A stretch of DNA of 64,000 nt from Candidatus Poribacteria bacterium (GTDB taxonomy: Bacteria; Poribacteria; WGA-4E; WGA-3G), in NCBI GenBank assembly GCA_963663765.2, contig CAXXUA010000005.1, positions 800,001-864,000 of the forward strand. The letters run 5' to 3'. Shown here piece after piece: positions 48,846 to 57,832 of the stretch. Under the pieces are notes generated by a model that saw only the letters and a program-made list of their open reading frames with translations, was not told where the DNA came from and ran no database searches. Each line of letters begins with the position of its first letter. Position 1 is the stretch's first letter. Made by a program: the position numbers and the translations under genes.

Positions 48846-48932
48846 ATATCGTACCTGCCATCTTTCGTGCAACCCAAAATAACGCAAGCAGTAAGATAAT
48901 CAGTCCGCCCGAAAGCGGGTGCGACCAGATAC
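48846..48932. repeat. 87-bp duplicate of the 3' end of the 51756-53963 gene (att-like)
   Basis: Matches 51758-51844 with 3 mismatches. Confidence 0.93.
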
Positions 48933-48945
48933 ATGTTTGATTTGG

Positions 48946-50124
48946 TTAACGTGACAGGAGATACGACTCTGACTTATAATGTGTATCAATTCGGTGTTCC
49001 CTCGGCAGATAAATTGCAACTGGAATATTGAATCCATGTAGATTCTGACACATTAAGGGACCAACATGTTTCCAATCTAACCCACCCAAACCGCAACCGA
49101 GGGCAGGTATTGCAAGCGACTGTATTCCTTCTTTGCGATAATTGTTTTGAATCCATTTAAGACCACCTTCAATATCATCTAAACGTGAGTTGTCTTTCCA
49201 ATGTCGTTTCGTTGCAAAAAGCAGGAACCACTTCACAGAATTAGGAGTAACAAGTGGTGTCCCAAGGTCAGCTAATTCCTCATCTAATGAACTTTCACGT
49301 TTGTAGAGATAAGGTTTTGTGGCTGTGATGCGCTTTGCACGGCAAACATCTTGGTATGCTACATAGACATCGGGAAACTGATATTTGGCACGTGAGGCTA
49401 ATCCTTTACCCATAATTCCTTGTAGATTAACACTAATTGTTAGTGTTTGTAGGTTTGAGAAGAACATATCTCCATCAATCAGTGAAATGTTGTCTCCTAT
49501 TTTTGTTCGGCTGTAAGGTTGAAAAAACATGTCAGGTTCAGAGCTTACGGCAATATTAGCATCTCCAATATTTTTCTGAATAACTTCTCGCACTGAATTG
49601 TTTGCAACATAGATATTTTGAATATATTCAGGTTTGACATGCTTGGGAATCAGACATTCTGCCATAATTTTACGTTTTGATCCATCATCTCTATTCCACC
49701 AATCGTTCCGAATTATAGACCACTGTTTCCTAATGATTTCTAATCCTTTGGAAGGATAATAAAACTGCGTTGCCTCATGCGCTGCATTTCCATCCGTGAT
49801 AAATACTTCTTGTTCATTCAACACTCTTTTATTGATACCGACAACAGCAAGATTTTTGGAGTCTTTTTCATGGACAACACGGTACATCATTGCATTGCGA
49901 GGTTGGAAGTAAAGGTTAGCATAAGACCAAAGTCTCCTTTTATTAGGTGCCATTATTTGACTACGCCGACTGACGATATCTGCATCATAGATAGGGGTTG
50001 TGTGTACTCCTTCTGTTTCAATTTTTTCGTGTGAGAAAACCCCTCGTGCAAGGATAGAAGGGAGATTGTCTAAGTGCGTGATGTAGTAGAGTTCGTGTAT
50101 GTCTAATTTTGGCATAATATTCAC
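48946..50124 (-). CDS. darT: DarT (DUF4433) DNA ADP-ribosyltransferase fused to a DarG-type macrodomain
   Basis: YYITHLDNLPSIL, YANLYFQPRNAMMY, TDGNAA, MAEC; then GDMF, VNLQGIMGKGLA, FATKRHW, SLAIPALGCGLGGL. Confidence 0.88.
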   Translation of the reverse strand: MNIMPKLDIHELYYITHLDNLPSILARGVFSHEKIETEGVHTTPIYDADIVSRRSQIMAPNKRRLWSYANLYFQPRNAMMYRVVHEKDSKNLAVVGINKRVLNEQEVFITDGNAAHEATQFYYPSKGLEIIRKQWSIIRNDWWNRDDGSKRKIMAECLIPKHVKPEYIQNIYVANNSVREVIQKNIGDANIAVSSEPDMFFQPYSRTKIGDNISLIDGDMFFSNLQTLTISVNLQGIMGKGLASRAKYQFPDVYVAYQDVCRAKRITATKPYLYKRESSLDEELADLGTPLVTPNSVKWFLLFATKRHWKDNSRLDDIEGGLKWIQNNYRKEGIQSLAIPALGCGLGGLDWKHVGPLMCQNLHGFNIPVAIYLPREHRIDTHYKSESYLLSR

Positions 50125-50140
50125 CTAATACCAGAAACAC

Positions 50141-51267
50141 TTACTCTATTTCCTTAGGATTATTATACAATTCCCAGTAACCTGAGCCTTTCTCAACATT
50201 TTTTGCAGATCCTTGTTTTGCAAGAGCTTGCAATGCGCTATTGAAAAGCTGATCTATAGCCGATTTTGCATCCAGTCCACCCCGAACTTGATGAATTTTA
50301 GTTACTTCATCAGAACTTACGCAAAAACGGTAGGCGTGCTTTGTAAGCGCGCTGGAAACCTATAAAAATACTGATTAATTACATCATTTTCAACATAATT
50401 CTTGATTAAATCAAGAAAACTGCGTAAGTCCTGTTCATTTATAATATCTTGTTTTTTAGTTTTCCCTTTATCTCCGAATAATTCTATAATAAGAGGTCTT
50501 GCCATCTTACCTGTAAGATACTTGCCTGCGTAATCGTACTTGTAACTTGACTGTTTATCAGAAATTACATCCATATTTGGGGTAGGTGTTGGTTCCACTG
50601 GTGGTGCATATAAGTTTTGCAGAAATGTTATCACGTGTTCTGGGGTAGGACGCTTGCCACATAGTTCTGATGTCTTTTCAACAATGATTTTCAGTAGAAG
50701 TTCATTCTGTTCTTTTACTAAAAGGTTCCATGCTTCTGGTACCCCTTTTTGAATCTGTCTTTCATAAACCACGTTCTGATAGTCTTCAGCAATGACTTTC
50801 ACCATCTTTCCTGTCTTTACACTTTCATAATTCAGGTACCTGTTTAGGCGTTCGGCGATTTCATCGCTTTTTCCACCGATAAGATCCAATTCGTGTACCA
50901 GCCGGTCTTTGTAATTCCCGGTACCTGCGGGGTAAAAAAAACGCCATTTCTGCCCATCAGTAAGAACAACAATCGGAACCCCTTCAATAAAAGCATATTC
51001 AAACAGCTGCTTTTCTGCTCCTTGAATTTTTCCCACCTGCTTAACTTCAATAAAAATGATGGGCTTTTCTGGTGGATGACAAAGTGCAAAGTCAACTCTC
51101 CTTCCCTCAACTGAGTATTCAGAGATGATAATTTGAGGACTGAACATTGGCCATTGCAATACCTGAAGCAGTCTATTCACAATATGATTAGAAACAGCAG
51201 ACTCATCTTTATATGCGTTTTTTTCTAAATTATTACGAATATCATCAATATGTTCTATAAGTGTCAT
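50141..51267 (-). pseudogene. HsdR-N-terminal-like PD-(D/E)XK protein interrupted by a MITE near its 3' end
   Basis: EYSVEGRRVDFAL, FIEVK, QLFEYA, LTDG; removing 50311-50438 restores an open frame to TAA at 50141. Confidence 0.8.
50311..50433. mobile_element. MITE family D
   Basis: TIR CAGAACTTACGCA / TGCGTAAGTCCTG; TSD TTCAT. Confidence 0.92.
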
Positions 51268-51414
51268 TCGTATTCAATGCCTCTAATAAAAGTAAAGGTT
51301 TTGAGCATTTAATGGTACGGCATGAGTGTAAGATTACCTTCAATAACGCGACACATTCAATTGGTAAAATGATAGCATATTGTAGGAAATATTGCCATGA
51401 AATAACAAACCGAC

Positions 51415-51697
51415 CAGGGATATTCAGTTTTCAATATTTTTGATAGTATTTTGCTATGTCGTTAATTTTATGTGTTGCCATCTTGTCCGTGTCTTTAGTC
51501 CCGTAGGGACAATATGTTTATAGAAAAATGGTATATAACACTCTTGAGTTCCGTAGGAACGGCATAGAAGAATAAACATATCGTCCCTGCGGGACTAAAG
51601 AGCGATGTTCATGTTTCAATAATCTAAAATTGATGTATTGGGTATTAACTTTCAGTAAATCTCAATAACAGAAAACTTTTAAAACTGAATAACCCTA
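51415..51697. mobile_element. MITE family B
   Basis: TIRs; perfect 9-bp TSD CAAACCGAC. Confidence 0.92.
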
Positions 51698-51755
51698 CAA
51701 ACCGACCAAGAACACACATTGCAAGACTACAACGATTAATGTACTGCGTTTGGCA

Positions 51756-53963
51756 TCATATCGTACCTGCCATCTTGCGTGCAACCCAAAATAACGCAAG
51801 CAGTAAGATAATCAGTCCGCCCCAAAGCGGGTGTGACCAGATACGTGTGCGTTTATCAATCGGTTCAGGTTCTGGGATCGCTGCCAGATGATCTAACAAC
51901 GTTCCTACTTCATCAACTTTTACTAACTTTCCTTTAGTGATTTGTGATATTTCGTCAAGGACATCAAAACGTGCCAATCGTCCTTGCTGCTCTCTGTTCA
52001 ATCCTTGTACTGAAAGTTCTGTTTGCACAGCAGCACCTGTTTCACTGCTTGTCGCGACAAGACGGTAATTTCCAGATTCTTTCGGTTCAAATGTTCCAAC
52101 AAACAATCCTAAAGCATCCTCTATCCCTGGTTGTAACCGAATTGTCTCAGTTTTTCCAGTAGGAGAAATCGCTTGGACAGTGACTGTACCTCTATCCAAA
52201 GGACCACCGACATTGTCCATCACGTTAGCATTCAATGTTAGGATATCATCCACATGGGGTCGATCAGGTGAGTAGAATAGTCGTATGGCTTCTCCTTGTG
52301 CCATCTGTCTGCGATATGCCATCCAACGTGCGACTTGACTCCAGAAACGGTAGTGATACTTGTCTTCTACACCGTGTCGCCACCGCCATGCACTGTCCGT
52401 TCCCATAAACAACACTTTACCTGTGCCGTAAGTTTTTGTAACGATAAGCGGTACTCTCCCAGAAATTGTGGAAGCTTGGTCGTGCACTGCCAATATCTCT
52501 GTGCCTACTTTTGCACGTTCAATACCCGCGTACCAGTAAAACCCTGGCAGTGTGCGCCACACATCGCTATTGTCAAGGTCAGTATCACCGAGACGTGTTA
52601 ACAAACTACGTTGTCCGGGTTCAGTGAGAGTGAAATATCCTTGAACACTTGAACCGAATCCATTCGGTTTTGCGGCGTCTATAACAACTGGATAAAGATC
52701 CGCAAGTGGACCGGTCATCAATGAACTTTGTCCCCCAGTGCGACCCGGAATGAAGACGATACCCGAGGCTTGTGCACTAACGAGTTGTCGTAAGTCTTGT
52801 GCTTGTTCAGCAGTGAGTTGTTCGGGCGATATACCCACATCTCCAAGAAACACAACGTCAAATTCGCTGAGTTCTCTTGCATCGGGGAAATGTTTGATGT
52901 AACTGCGACCTCCTCCGACCTGCGGTAATTTCGGATGATATAATAGACAAGTTAATTCAACACCTGCATCCCGTTCTAAAGCATTGCGTAAGTATCGGTA
53001 CTCCCACCGTGGGTAGGATTCAATGACAAGAACTTTCAACTGCTCTTTACGAATAGATATAGGTGCGGAAAGCTCATTATTTTCCGGGATCAACTCTCTT
53101 ATATCTGGTGTAACACGCAGATTGAGGGTATACTCTCCTGTTTCCTGCGGTGTCCACGCGATATTGTCTTGGGCTTGTCCCATAGCAGGCACAGTGATAA
53201 CTTTGGTAACCGTTGATTTATCATCAATACTTAATGTAAGGTTGACATCTCTGTCTTGTCCAATAGTGTTTCGGACGACAAATGGGATACGCAATTGCTT
53301 TTTTGTTACGCCATACGTTGGTGCGTCTATACTGACTAACTCAATATCGGGTAAGGGAACTTCACTGCCAACACTAACCGTGAAAACCGGCACCCCTTGC
53401 ATGAGAAACCGTCTTGCAGCCTTCTCAGGTGAGTCACCGATATTCCAATCCCCATCAGATAGAAGGACTACGCCTCGAAGGTTAGAATAGTTATCTAAAA
53501 TGTGCGACAGTCCAGCGTTTATGTCTGTGGCTTCTTCTGCGGGGTCTATCAATGAAGAAAATGACTCAAATACTACGGTGAGATCAGTATCTTCTTCTGT
53601 TTTCCAAACTTCCTCGGACAGCAGTGGTTGTATTATTTCTTCGCGACTTCTGCGTTTGGCAGCGGTGTCTTTTTCGTCAATTATATCTTGCGTTTTCATA
53701 CTGTTTGATTTATCCCATAGCACAGCAAGTGTTGAACGGAGTTCAGGAGGTTGGGATTCAATCCATTCGGGTTGATTTAGTGTTGCAACCACGAGACAAA
53801 CGAGTGCAAACCGAAGAAATTCAAGCAATGCGATACGTTTTCGGTAGCCGCTGCGGTGCCATGCAAATACGCACAGCGCAGCGGTTATGATGACAACGAT
53901 CAATCCTAAAATGAGGATGGAGTTGTTTGTGAAGAATTCTATGTGTCCTTGTGGGTCTTGCAT
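51756..53963 (-). CDS. Membrane protein with vWA and glutamine-amidotransferase-like domains
   Basis: DKSNSM MIDAS-like motif, LLSDG, PRWEYRYLRNAL, GTGKVLFMGTDSAWRWR. Confidence 0.82.
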   Translation of the reverse strand: MQDPQGHIEFFTNNSILILGLIVVIITAALCVFAWHRSGYRKRIALLEFLRFALVCLVVATLNQPEWIESQPPELRSTLAVLWDKSNSMKTQDIIDEKDTAAKRRSREEIIQPLLSEEVWKTEEDTDLTVVFESFSSLIDPAEEATDINAGLSHILDNYSNLRGVVLLSDGDWNIGDSPEKAARRFLMQGVPVFTVSVGSEVPLPDIELVSIDAPTYGVTKKQLRIPFVVRNTIGQDRDVNLTLSIDDKSTVTKVITVPAMGQAQDNIAWTPQETGEYTLNLRVTPDIRELIPENNELSAPISIRKEQLKVLVIESYPRWEYRYLRNALERDAGVELTCLLYHPKLPQVGGGRSYIKHFPDARELSEFDVVFLGDVGISPEQLTAEQAQDLRQLVSAQASGIVFIPGRTGGQSSLMTGPLADLYPVVIDAAKPNGFGSSVQGYFTLTEPGQRSLLTRLGDTDLDNSDVWRTLPGFYWYAGIERAKVGTEILAVHDQASTISGRVPLIVTKTYGTGKVLFMGTDSAWRWRHGVEDKYHYRFWSQVARWMAYRRQMAQGEAIRLFYSPDRPHVDDILTLNANVMDNVGGPLDRGTVTVQAISPTGKTETIRLQPGIEDALGLFVGTFEPKESGNYRLVATSSETGAAVQTELSVQGLNREQQGRLARFDVLDEISQITKGKLVKVDEVGTLLDHLAAIPEPEPIDKRTRIWSHPLWGGLIILLLALFWVARKMAGTI

Positions 53964-53987
53964 GTTTGTTGTGTATCTCCGAATATG

Positions 53988-56900
53988 TTAAAACATTCTT
54001 TCTTCGCGGATTTTTGAATGTTCAATTTGCTCTTTGAGAAAAGGTACAAATTCGTTAATCCAACGATTGACTCTATCATCATTATCGTTGTTTTGAATGT
54101 CAACTAATTTTTGAACTTTCTCTTCGTAGTGTAGACTAGCAGGTCCCCAGAATGCTTCTGATGAATAATTTGATATCAATGTATTTCTAACATCTTCTCT
54201 ATCTCCATATCTTACAAGAAGATCGCGTGCCAGCGAATCATTCCATTCTTCAATCAATAGAGTTTTTGGGACAAATTCACTTGCAAGATACCACGCGCGG
54301 TTTTCCACGTCTTTGTTAATCCATTCCCAGATATATTCGCGTGGGATTAAGGTTAATGCTCCTTTTTCTTTATCTTCTTCTTTATCCGATAGATCTGCTT
54401 CTCTAAGCCAATTTCCTATGGATATGGTTCTTGAAAAATTGTCATATTTCCCCAAGTATTTACTAACGTAATTCCATACTTCAGCGGGATGTTGTTTAGT
54501 TGCCTCTGTGAGGAATGTGCAACTCTGTGAGAAAGAATCAAACATTGTTTTATCGTTTCCAAAGGAAACTAGCATGAGTTTTGCTAATTCTAAAGCTTTC
54601 TGTGGATTGAGGGATAGAAATGTTTTTGCAATTTCTGTCCAATAGAAATCTGTCATTGTACTATAATGATAATTGTCGGAATCATTATATAATTCTGAGT
54701 GTGAAAGGAGGCAATATGTAGTTTCATCCGGTAAAGTAGGTTCTGGTTTTTGAGAAATGTAGTAATTGTAGAACAACTTTAATGCGATTTCTACGGCTGA
54801 TCTGTCTGATTTTTTCAATAGAAATTCTATCCAAGTCTTAAACACATTTTCAGATAAACTGGTTATTGCATTTCGGAATATGAAAATTTCAAAATCATAG
54901 ATATTAATAATACCGCTTTTTGCAAGGTTAAGAATGCGAAGTCCAGCTTGATCAGTAAGACCTGAATAATGTGTGAGTGATGGAACGATTGTATTCAGTG
55001 TAGTATCCTTACGGAGATTGTCAAGTTGTGCTTCCCATTGTTTCATGTCTTTATCAAATATTGCATGGAAATAACCACCCAGAAAATAAGTGCTCGCATT
55101 GTCTACCGCGCTTCGTTGAGCATCAAGAAGCGTTGGTAAAAGTGATAGTTCCTCATCTTGCTGTCCGAGTTCATTCCCAAATCTATTTCCATTCTTTGCG
55201 TCTGTAGTAACAAGCCATGATAATTCTGATTTTAAAAGGTCCGGATTATCAATAGATTGCTTAGCAAGTGTTTCAAGATACAGTTGTGTAGGATTAACTC
55301 CCTCCTCGTGTTCAAGCAGTTCGTCTTCAAGGAGATCCATCCCAACATAACGTTGCATTTGCGAATGATAGTCGGAACCAATCAATCCATCTCTTATTTC
55401 CTCAAAACGTTGACGAACTACAGAAGGTAGTCCCTTATTGTCAATATAAGAATCATCATGAAACAAGATACGACTAATAGTTTCAATGATTTGTTTTCCA
55501 CTTGCATATTTCTTTTCGGTTATTGTTTCAACCGTATTCACAATCATATCACCTAATGCAGGAATTCTTCCAAGCGATCCTGCACGCCCAAGAAGAATTC
55601 CTACTGCTTCTTTACGTTCTCCTTCAGGTAAATGTTCTAATTGTTCGGATAAAAGTTGCCATATTTGACTGTACGCATCCCACCATTCACCGTAAGTCTT
55701 AGGTTCCCAAAGTTTAGGTATTCCGCGTAATCCTTGATATTCTGCTCCGGAAGTCCGTGAGAAATGATCGGATATTAAACCTTTATTACAAGCTTTAATC
55801 GCAAGGGTTTGACGTTCTTTTGAACCAGACTCAAATGCTTCCTTTAAAATTGGCAAACGTTCTATTGGGGATGCTTCTGTGGGTGCTACTCCACCTGGTC
55901 CTAATGAGAAAAGATCAGCAAAAACTCCGCTTGCATTGTTTGATATTCTTTCATTCTCCGCTTCGCCGAGTGCAAGGAGTAATCTTGCTGCATCAGGAAA
56001 CAACTTTTGCCATATAGCAATCTTTTCAAGTGCCCAAATCACCAATCTCCGTCCATCAGTGAATTTCAAAAGGGTTTCTTTATCCCAAGTACCGATTGTT
56101 CGCATTAAACACTTTAAAGCAGATTCTGGATCTGCCTCACTCAAAGCGAGAAAAAAACGACTACCCATCCTTGTCTTCAAATATTTATTATCCTGAAATG
56201 GCCCATTTGGTCCAAGCAGTTTCTTGACAACATTTAATGCCGCTTCTGACTCAGCTGCATAGACAAACATATCATAGAAATATTCTACCAATTCTGGTTC
56301 TAAATCTTGAGTAAAGGTTTCAAGATTGAAGGTCAGGCGGCGAATTTCCCACCACTGCGTCCATAGTTTAATGTGAAGTGCTTTTGGAGTAATATAAAGT
56401 GTAAACTCACCTTGAAGGATCTTTCGATCTCTCAGCTGATGGATTATTGAGTGAAACTTATCCAAAGTGATCCGATTGTCAGCCTCTATAACTTTTTTGG
56501 CAATTGCTTCAGCCTCTGAAGCAACAGTCCTTTCAAATCCGAATCGCTTAAAAAGTGATAGATATTGAAGTACCAATCTCCGTTGTTCTGTCTGTTCTCT
56601 GTTTGGCTCATCTCCAGCAACAATATAGCGTTCCCAGATATCAACTGTTCCGGGAGGTTTAAGCAAATCTTCTGGATGATTTACTAAGTTCTCACCGATG
56701 ACGTGTGCAACTCTTGGTGAACCACTACAGAGTTCAGCCCATCTATTAGCATCAGCATTGGATATATTAGTATAACTCTGAACAATACTACAAATCTGTT
56801 CATTATCCAGCGGTGGGGCATCATAGTAGTTAATATCTCCAGATTTTTCCTCATAGTCATTATAGATAGTGATCAATTTTATCTTTGAACCACGATGTTT

Positions 56901-57806
56901 AAGTTTATTCCAGAAATATGATCTATTGTCGGGATTACACTCATCTATTATTAGCACAACTGAGAAAGAGTTATCGTCTCGGAGAATTTCATTCAGTAAA
57001 ACACTATCTAAGAATTGAGAGGCGGTACAGTAAACAACAAGTGGAGATAAATCATCAACCTTCGTTGCTTCTAAGACAAGTTTAGTTTTTCCGATGCCAG
57101 GTTCACCCAACACCCGCAGGTGAACTGTGTCGTTGTTTCGTCTTAATTCATCTTGGATTTCTAATATCTGATCGTTCTGTGATTCTCCTGAGACAAATGA
57201 GAGCTGCATAGTTGCATCTTCAGACCAACTCTGATGGGTTTGGAAAAATCCTCTATCATTTCCATTGACCCACAATGCTAATGATGGAAACATCTCAAGG
57301 AAGGTTATAAGAGTATTCTGACTCCACACTTCAACCTTCGGAGTTTGATAACCACATTGCTCTAAATACCCTTTAATTTTATTCAAAATTTCTCTATATT
57401 CGCTATCAACAAGATCGATTCCGGTGCAGACTAATACGTAGGTTCCTCCCGATTCATCTTCAAGACATGCTCGAATGCCATCTTTAAGATTTTGTTCATT
57501 AGCCTCATTTTCGCTGCCGAAGAGTTCATCCTTAATATTTGGCTTTGTTTTCCCAGACTTTATCTGGTAACTGGTTTTTCCTTGCTGAATTAATCCGCTT
57601 CCTATTGGCATCTGAGTATCACTAACAGATGCATCGATACCACCGTCTCGGACATTAACACGGTGTGAGATATTAATCTTGCTTAGTTCTATTCCGAGTT
57701 TGCGCGCTTCTGCCCAAAGCAGCTTCCGGCAAAATTCGACAGATGTTTTTTGATCAAGTTGGTTTAGATGATGATTGTTTACGGTAAAAATAGTATCAAT
57801 ATTCAT
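53988..57806 (-). CDS. Nuclease-STAND NTPase-helical repeat protein (Avs/NLR-like candidate)
   Basis: DGGIDA...YQIK, GEPGIGKT, VLIIDE, GSPR, long helical C-terminus. Confidence 0.7.
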   Translation of the reverse strand: MNIDTIFTVNNHHLNQLDQKTSVEFCRKLLWAEARKLGIELSKINISHRVNVRDGGIDASVSDTQMPIGSGLIQQGKTSYQIKSGKTKPNIKDELFGSENEANEQNLKDGIRACLEDESGGTYVLVCTGIDLVDSEYREILNKIKGYLEQCGYQTPKVEVWSQNTLITFLEMFPSLALWVNGNDRGFFQTHQSWSEDATMQLSFVSGESQNDQILEIQDELRRNNDTVHLRVLGEPGIGKTKLVLEATKVDDLSPLVVYCTASQFLDSVLLNEILRDDNSFSVVLIIDECNPDNRSYFWNKLKHRGSKIKLITIYNDYEEKSGDINYYDAPPLDNEQICSIVQSYTNISNADANRWAELCSGSPRVAHVIGENLVNHPEDLLKPPGTVDIWERYIVAGDEPNREQTEQRRLVLQYLSLFKRFGFERTVASEAEAIAKKVIEADNRITLDKFHSIIHQLRDRKILQGEFTLYITPKALHIKLWTQWWEIRRLTFNLETFTQDLEPELVEYFYDMFVYAAESEAALNVVKKLLGPNGPFQDNKYLKTRMGSRFFLALSEADPESALKCLMRTIGTWDKETLLKFTDGRRLVIWALEKIAIWQKLFPDAARLLLALGEAENERISNNASGVFADLFSLGPGGVAPTEASPIERLPILKEAFESGSKERQTLAIKACNKGLISDHFSRTSGAEYQGLRGIPKLWEPKTYGEWWDAYSQIWQLLSEQLEHLPEGERKEAVGILLGRAGSLGRIPALGDMIVNTVETITEKKYASGKQIIETISRILFHDDSYIDNKGLPSVVRQRFEEIRDGLIGSDYHSQMQRYVGMDLLEDELLEHEEGVNPTQLYLETLAKQSIDNPDLLKSELSWLVTTDAKNGNRFGNELGQQDEELSLLPTLLDAQRSAVDNASTYFLGGYFHAIFDKDMKQWEAQLDNLRKDTTLNTIVPSLTHYSGLTDQAGLRILNLAKSGIINIYDFEIFIFRNAITSLSENVFKTWIEFLLKKSDRSAVEIALKLFYNYYISQKPEPTLPDETTYCLLSHSELYNDSDNYHYSTMTDFYWTEIAKTFLSLNPQKALELAKLMLVSFGNDKTMFDSFSQSCTFLTEATKQHPAEVWNYVSKYLGKYDNFSRTISIGNWLREADLSDKEEDKEKGALTLIPREYIWEWINKDVENRAWYLASEFVPKTLLIEEWNDSLARDLLVRYGDREDVRNTLISNYSSEAFWGPASLHYEEKVQKLVDIQNNDNDDRVNRWINEFVPFLKEQIEHSKIREERMF

Positions 57807-57832
57807 TGTTTTCTCCTACAATCTTTTAAAGT

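Noticed and set aside
48846-51844. Diversity-generating retroelement TR/VR pair
   Set aside because: The mismatches are not adenine-specific and no reverse transcriptase is present.
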